Below, piece by piece: positions 14,366 through 16,159 of a stretch of 16,159 nt of DNA. The stretch comes from Allobaculum fili (GTDB taxonomy: Bacteria > Bacillota_I > Bacilli_A > Erysipelotrichales > Erysipelotrichaceae): assembly GCF_020969955.1 (NCBI RefSeq), contig NZ_JAHDSX010000050.1, positions 1-16,159 of the forward strand, given 5' to 3'. Position 1 is the first letter of the stretch, and every line of letters starts with the position of its first letter. Below the pieces are notes generated by a model. That model worked only from the letters and a program-made list of their open reading frames with translations. It had not been told where the DNA came from and ran no database searches. The translations under genes were made by a program, and so were the position numbers.

Positions 14366-15890
14366 GAAGCCGAATGAAAAATATGGACTCGTCCTTGGAG
14401 GCGGCGGTTCGAAAGGGTGCTATCACGTCGGCGTCTGGCAGGCGTTTAACGAAGCCGGCATCACCTTTGACGCGCTGAGCGGGACGTCGATCGGCGCGCT
14501 GGTCGGCATTTTTTATCCGGGAAACCGCATCGAGACGGTTACAGACTTTGTCATGAACATGCAGCCCCAGGAAATTGCGGCAGATCTGCCGGTTCTGCCG
14601 GTGACACTGAAGGAAAAAGTGCTCGGAAGCCGGACAGTTCTGAATTTCATTATCAAGTACTTCGATTCCAAAATGGACATCACACCGCTGCGCGAACATT
14701 TTCGGATGATGTTCGATTACGAAACGTTCAAAGAATCGCCCGTACGCTACGGATGCATGGCGTATAACGATACGAAAAAGGAAGCCCGCGCCTTTTTTAA
14801 AGGCGAAATTACTGCGGAAAACGCGGAAGAAGTCGTAATGGCTTCCTCGGCGTGCTATCCCGCGTTTCCGAAAGTGACGATCAACGGAGAAGAGTATATG
14901 GATGGCATGTACGCGGATAACGTGCCGATCGATCTGCTCAATGCCCTCGATCCCAGCCTGGACTGGACGGTCGTCGTCGACCTGCACGATCCGGGCGAAC
15001 CGCTGCCGCCTTCCTTAACGGAAGACATGTTTTATCTCGAACCGCTGATTAATCCGGGAAACGCGCTGGATTTTTCTACCGGTCATGCGATGCGCATGTA
15101 CAACCAGGGCTATCTCGAAACGCGCAAGCAGCTCGGGTCGCTCTGCGGCTATGTGTATACGTTTGAAAACCGGGATCTGCCCCTGATTGAGATCGTGGAA
15201 AACTATCTCATTCGCCAGACGACGCAGATGCATATCGTTTTCCCGAAAATCCCGGATCTGGATTTCCACATTTTGAAAAGCGCGCTCGGCTATACGCCTG
15301 GCCGCTCGTCTGCTGCAGCGGATCCTGGCTATGAATTTGGCCGGCTGGTCGAGGCGCTCGCACTGCTGGCCAAAATCGATCCCGTCGCGCTGTACGACTA
15401 CGGCGACTATCTTGATCAGATCGTCACGCAGCTGGATGCGATCAAGTCGTCCTACGACGGCGATGAATTTCGGATCGTTGAATTTTTCTCGAAAATGAAA
15501 CGGGAAGAAATCATGGTTGTGCTCCATCGCTATCTGAAAAAGAGCGGGCACTTTCCATCCAAAGTCGAAGCCATTAAAGAGCAGATTCCGCTGAGCTATA
15601 CGCTGGCCTGGATCTGGTACTGCCTCGATGCACTCGTGGAATCGCTGCATCACGTACGCGCCATTCATGAAGGCAACGACGAACTCGAAGAAGAACTGTC
15701 CAGAACGCCGCAAACCCAGACAGAAGACGAATCCTCGAAAACAGAGAATTCCAAAGATCAGAAGACAAATACCGATCCAGCTTCTTTGGCGAGTCCGTCT
15801 TCTGAACCGGCCGTTTTGAACGCCCAGGATCCCGATGCCTATGTGCGGGTGATGTCCGGCGAAAAAGAAACCGAACCGGAAAACGTCTAG
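14325..15890 (+). CDS. Patatin-like phospholipase family protein (paralogue 2) with C-terminal helical region and acidic low-complexity tail
   Basis: 521 aa from the ATG at 14325, with GGAGG at 14314-14318. Motifs are GGGGSKG, GTSIG and MDGMYADNVP. It aligns with paralogue 1 beyond the catalytic domain too (LVEALALLAKIDPVALYDYGDYLDQIVTQL vs LLEILAYLAGLDPYRVYSFADFLSLLFTRL). Confidence 0.88.
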   Translation: MNRERHQNLRPADKKPNEKYGLVLGGGGSKGCYHVGVWQAFNEAGITFDALSGTSIGALVGIFYPGNRIETVTDFVMNMQPQEIAADLPVLPVTLKEKVLGSRTVLNFIIKYFDSKMDITPLREHFRMMFDYETFKESPVRYGCMAYNDTKKEARAFFKGEITAENAEEVVMASSACYPAFPKVTINGEEYMDGMYADNVPIDLLNALDPSLDWTVVVDLHDPGEPLPPSLTEDMFYLEPLINPGNALDFSTGHAMRMYNQGYLETRKQLGSLCGYVYTFENRDLPLIEIVENYLIRQTTQMHIVFPKIPDLDFHILKSALGYTPGRSSAAADPGYEFGRLVEALALLAKIDPVALYDYGDYLDQIVTQLDAIKSSYDGDEFRIVEFFSKMKREEIMVVLHRYLKKSGHFPSKVEAIKEQIPLSYTLAWIWYCLDALVESLHHVRAIHEGNDELEEELSRTPQTQTEDESSKTENSKDQKTNTDPASLASPSSEPAVLNAQDPDAYVRVMSGEKETEPENV

Positions 15891-15938
15891 CAGCTTTTCC
15901 GATTTTGAAATGCGCATTTTCCCCATTCCCATACAAAA

Positions 15939-15985
15939 ACAGCCCGAAGAAAACCGGAAAAACCGGCTCTTTGGGCTGTTCGTTT
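15939..15985 (+). terminator. Rho-independent terminator of the patatin pair
   Basis: ACAGCCCGAAGA...TCTTTGGGCTGT forms an extended stem (7 bp perfect plus 5 more including one G-U), with an inner CCGG-AAAAA-CCGG. TCGTTT follows. It lies about 50 nt after the stop. Confidence 0.6.
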
Positions 15986-16034
15986 ACCAGGCAGAAAAAG
16001 AATTCAGGAAATCAGGCAGGGGATGAAATCGATC

Positions 16035-16069
16035 GTAAGCGTCAAATAAAAGACGGGTATTTTCTCGAC
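16035..16069. repeat. IS66-family left terminal inverted repeat (IRL)
   Basis: GTAAGCGTCAAATAAAAGACGGGTATTTTCTCGAC matches the reverse complement of 238-272 at 26/35 positions. GTAAGCG is the classical IS66 terminus. Confidence 0.7.
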
Positions 16070-16108
16070 CGCCTCCTTGGGATAATTCCTTTATTCAAGG
16101 AGGCTTTT
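16070..16108 (+). promoter_or_regulatory. RBS-sequestering hairpin in the IS leader
   Basis: GCCTCCTTG (16070-16078), a 16 nt loop, then CAAGGAGGC (16095-16103) and TTTTT. The 3' arm contains the AAGGAGG Shine-Dalgarno of the ATG at 16110. Confidence 0.45.
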
Positions 16109-16109
16109 T

Positions 16110-16159
16110 CATGGAATCAATCATCCCTGCAATCGATCTCGGTATCGATTTCTCCAAAG
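16110..16159 (+). CDS. Start of the first ORF of the right-hand IS66-family element (3'-truncated by the window edge)
   Basis: AAGGAGG, a 6 nt gap, then ATG. The ORF reads MESIIPAIDLGIDFSK... and stays open to the window end. It is too short to assign a family. Confidence 0.4.

Larger units (their letters stand above)
16035..16159 (+). mobile_element. 5' portion of an IS66-family insertion sequence (left terminal inverted repeat, leader hairpin, start of first ORF); continues right of the window
   Basis: It begins GTAAGCGTCAAAT..., the inverted match of the terminus at 238-272. An RBS and ATG lie 75 nt inside the end. Confidence 0.6.

Noticed and set aside
13043-15890. The patatin genes as CBASS CapV-type effectors.
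   Set aside because: No CD-NTase/cyclase, E1/E2/JAB or other CBASS signature gene is adjacent on either side. The neighbours are an A24-like membrane protein and an IS end.
15908-15919. A 12 nt perfect palindrome, AAATGCGCATTT, just after the patatin-2 stop.
   Set aside because: It is short, has no loop, and occurs once. It may be a protein-binding site, but a 12 nt AT-rich palindrome in a spacer could easily arise by chance.
1-16159. CRISPR arrays, tRNA/rRNA genes, and an apparent abundance of GATC/CGATCG sites.
   Set aside because: I saw no repeat-spacer periodicity and no tRNA-like or rRNA-like segments. The GATC richness is most simply explained by codon and dipeptide usage (GAT-CGN, ATC-GAN). 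I cannot test it statistically by eye.

Overview
This 16.2 kb window looks like a Clostridia/Firmicutes-type genome, judging from AAGGAGG-type RBSs, a group-B [FeFe] hydrogenase and IS66. That assignment is inference only. Both window edges are ends of IS66-family insertion sequences in the same orientation. The left edge holds a transposase C-terminus plus a right terminal inverted repeat ending at 272. The right edge holds a matching left terminal inverted repeat starting at 16035, followed by a hairpin-masked RBS and the ATG of the first IS ORF. The two termini match at 26 of 35 positions and both start GTAAG, so a 15,762 bp segment (273-16034) is bracketed by directly oriented IS copies. 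On the minus strand this segment carries glutamine-dependent NAD+ synthetase (nadE) with its own terminator. It also carries an ABC-transporter-dependent glycan locus: a Wzm/TagG-like permease, a 427 bp AT-rich spacer, an 867 aa dual-GT2 enzyme with N-terminal non-catalytic modules, a hairpin, a Wzt/TagH-like ATPase with a C-terminal extension, and a GT2. A monocistronic [FeFe]-hydrogenase-like gene follows, with a Rex-type box over its putative promoter. On the plus strand are an RluA-family pseudouridine synthase, a divergent A24 (prepilin-peptidase-like) membrane protein, and two tandem, overlapping patatin-like phospholipase paralogues with long non-catalytic C-terminal regions. I saw no rRNA, tRNA or CRISPR array. 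The points most worth follow-up are the IS66 bracketing, the patatin pair, the motif shared between the exporter ATPase tail and the polymerase N-terminus, and the repeat-flanked AT-rich spacer that splits wzm from wzt. All homology statements come from motif recognition by eye, because no searches could be run.
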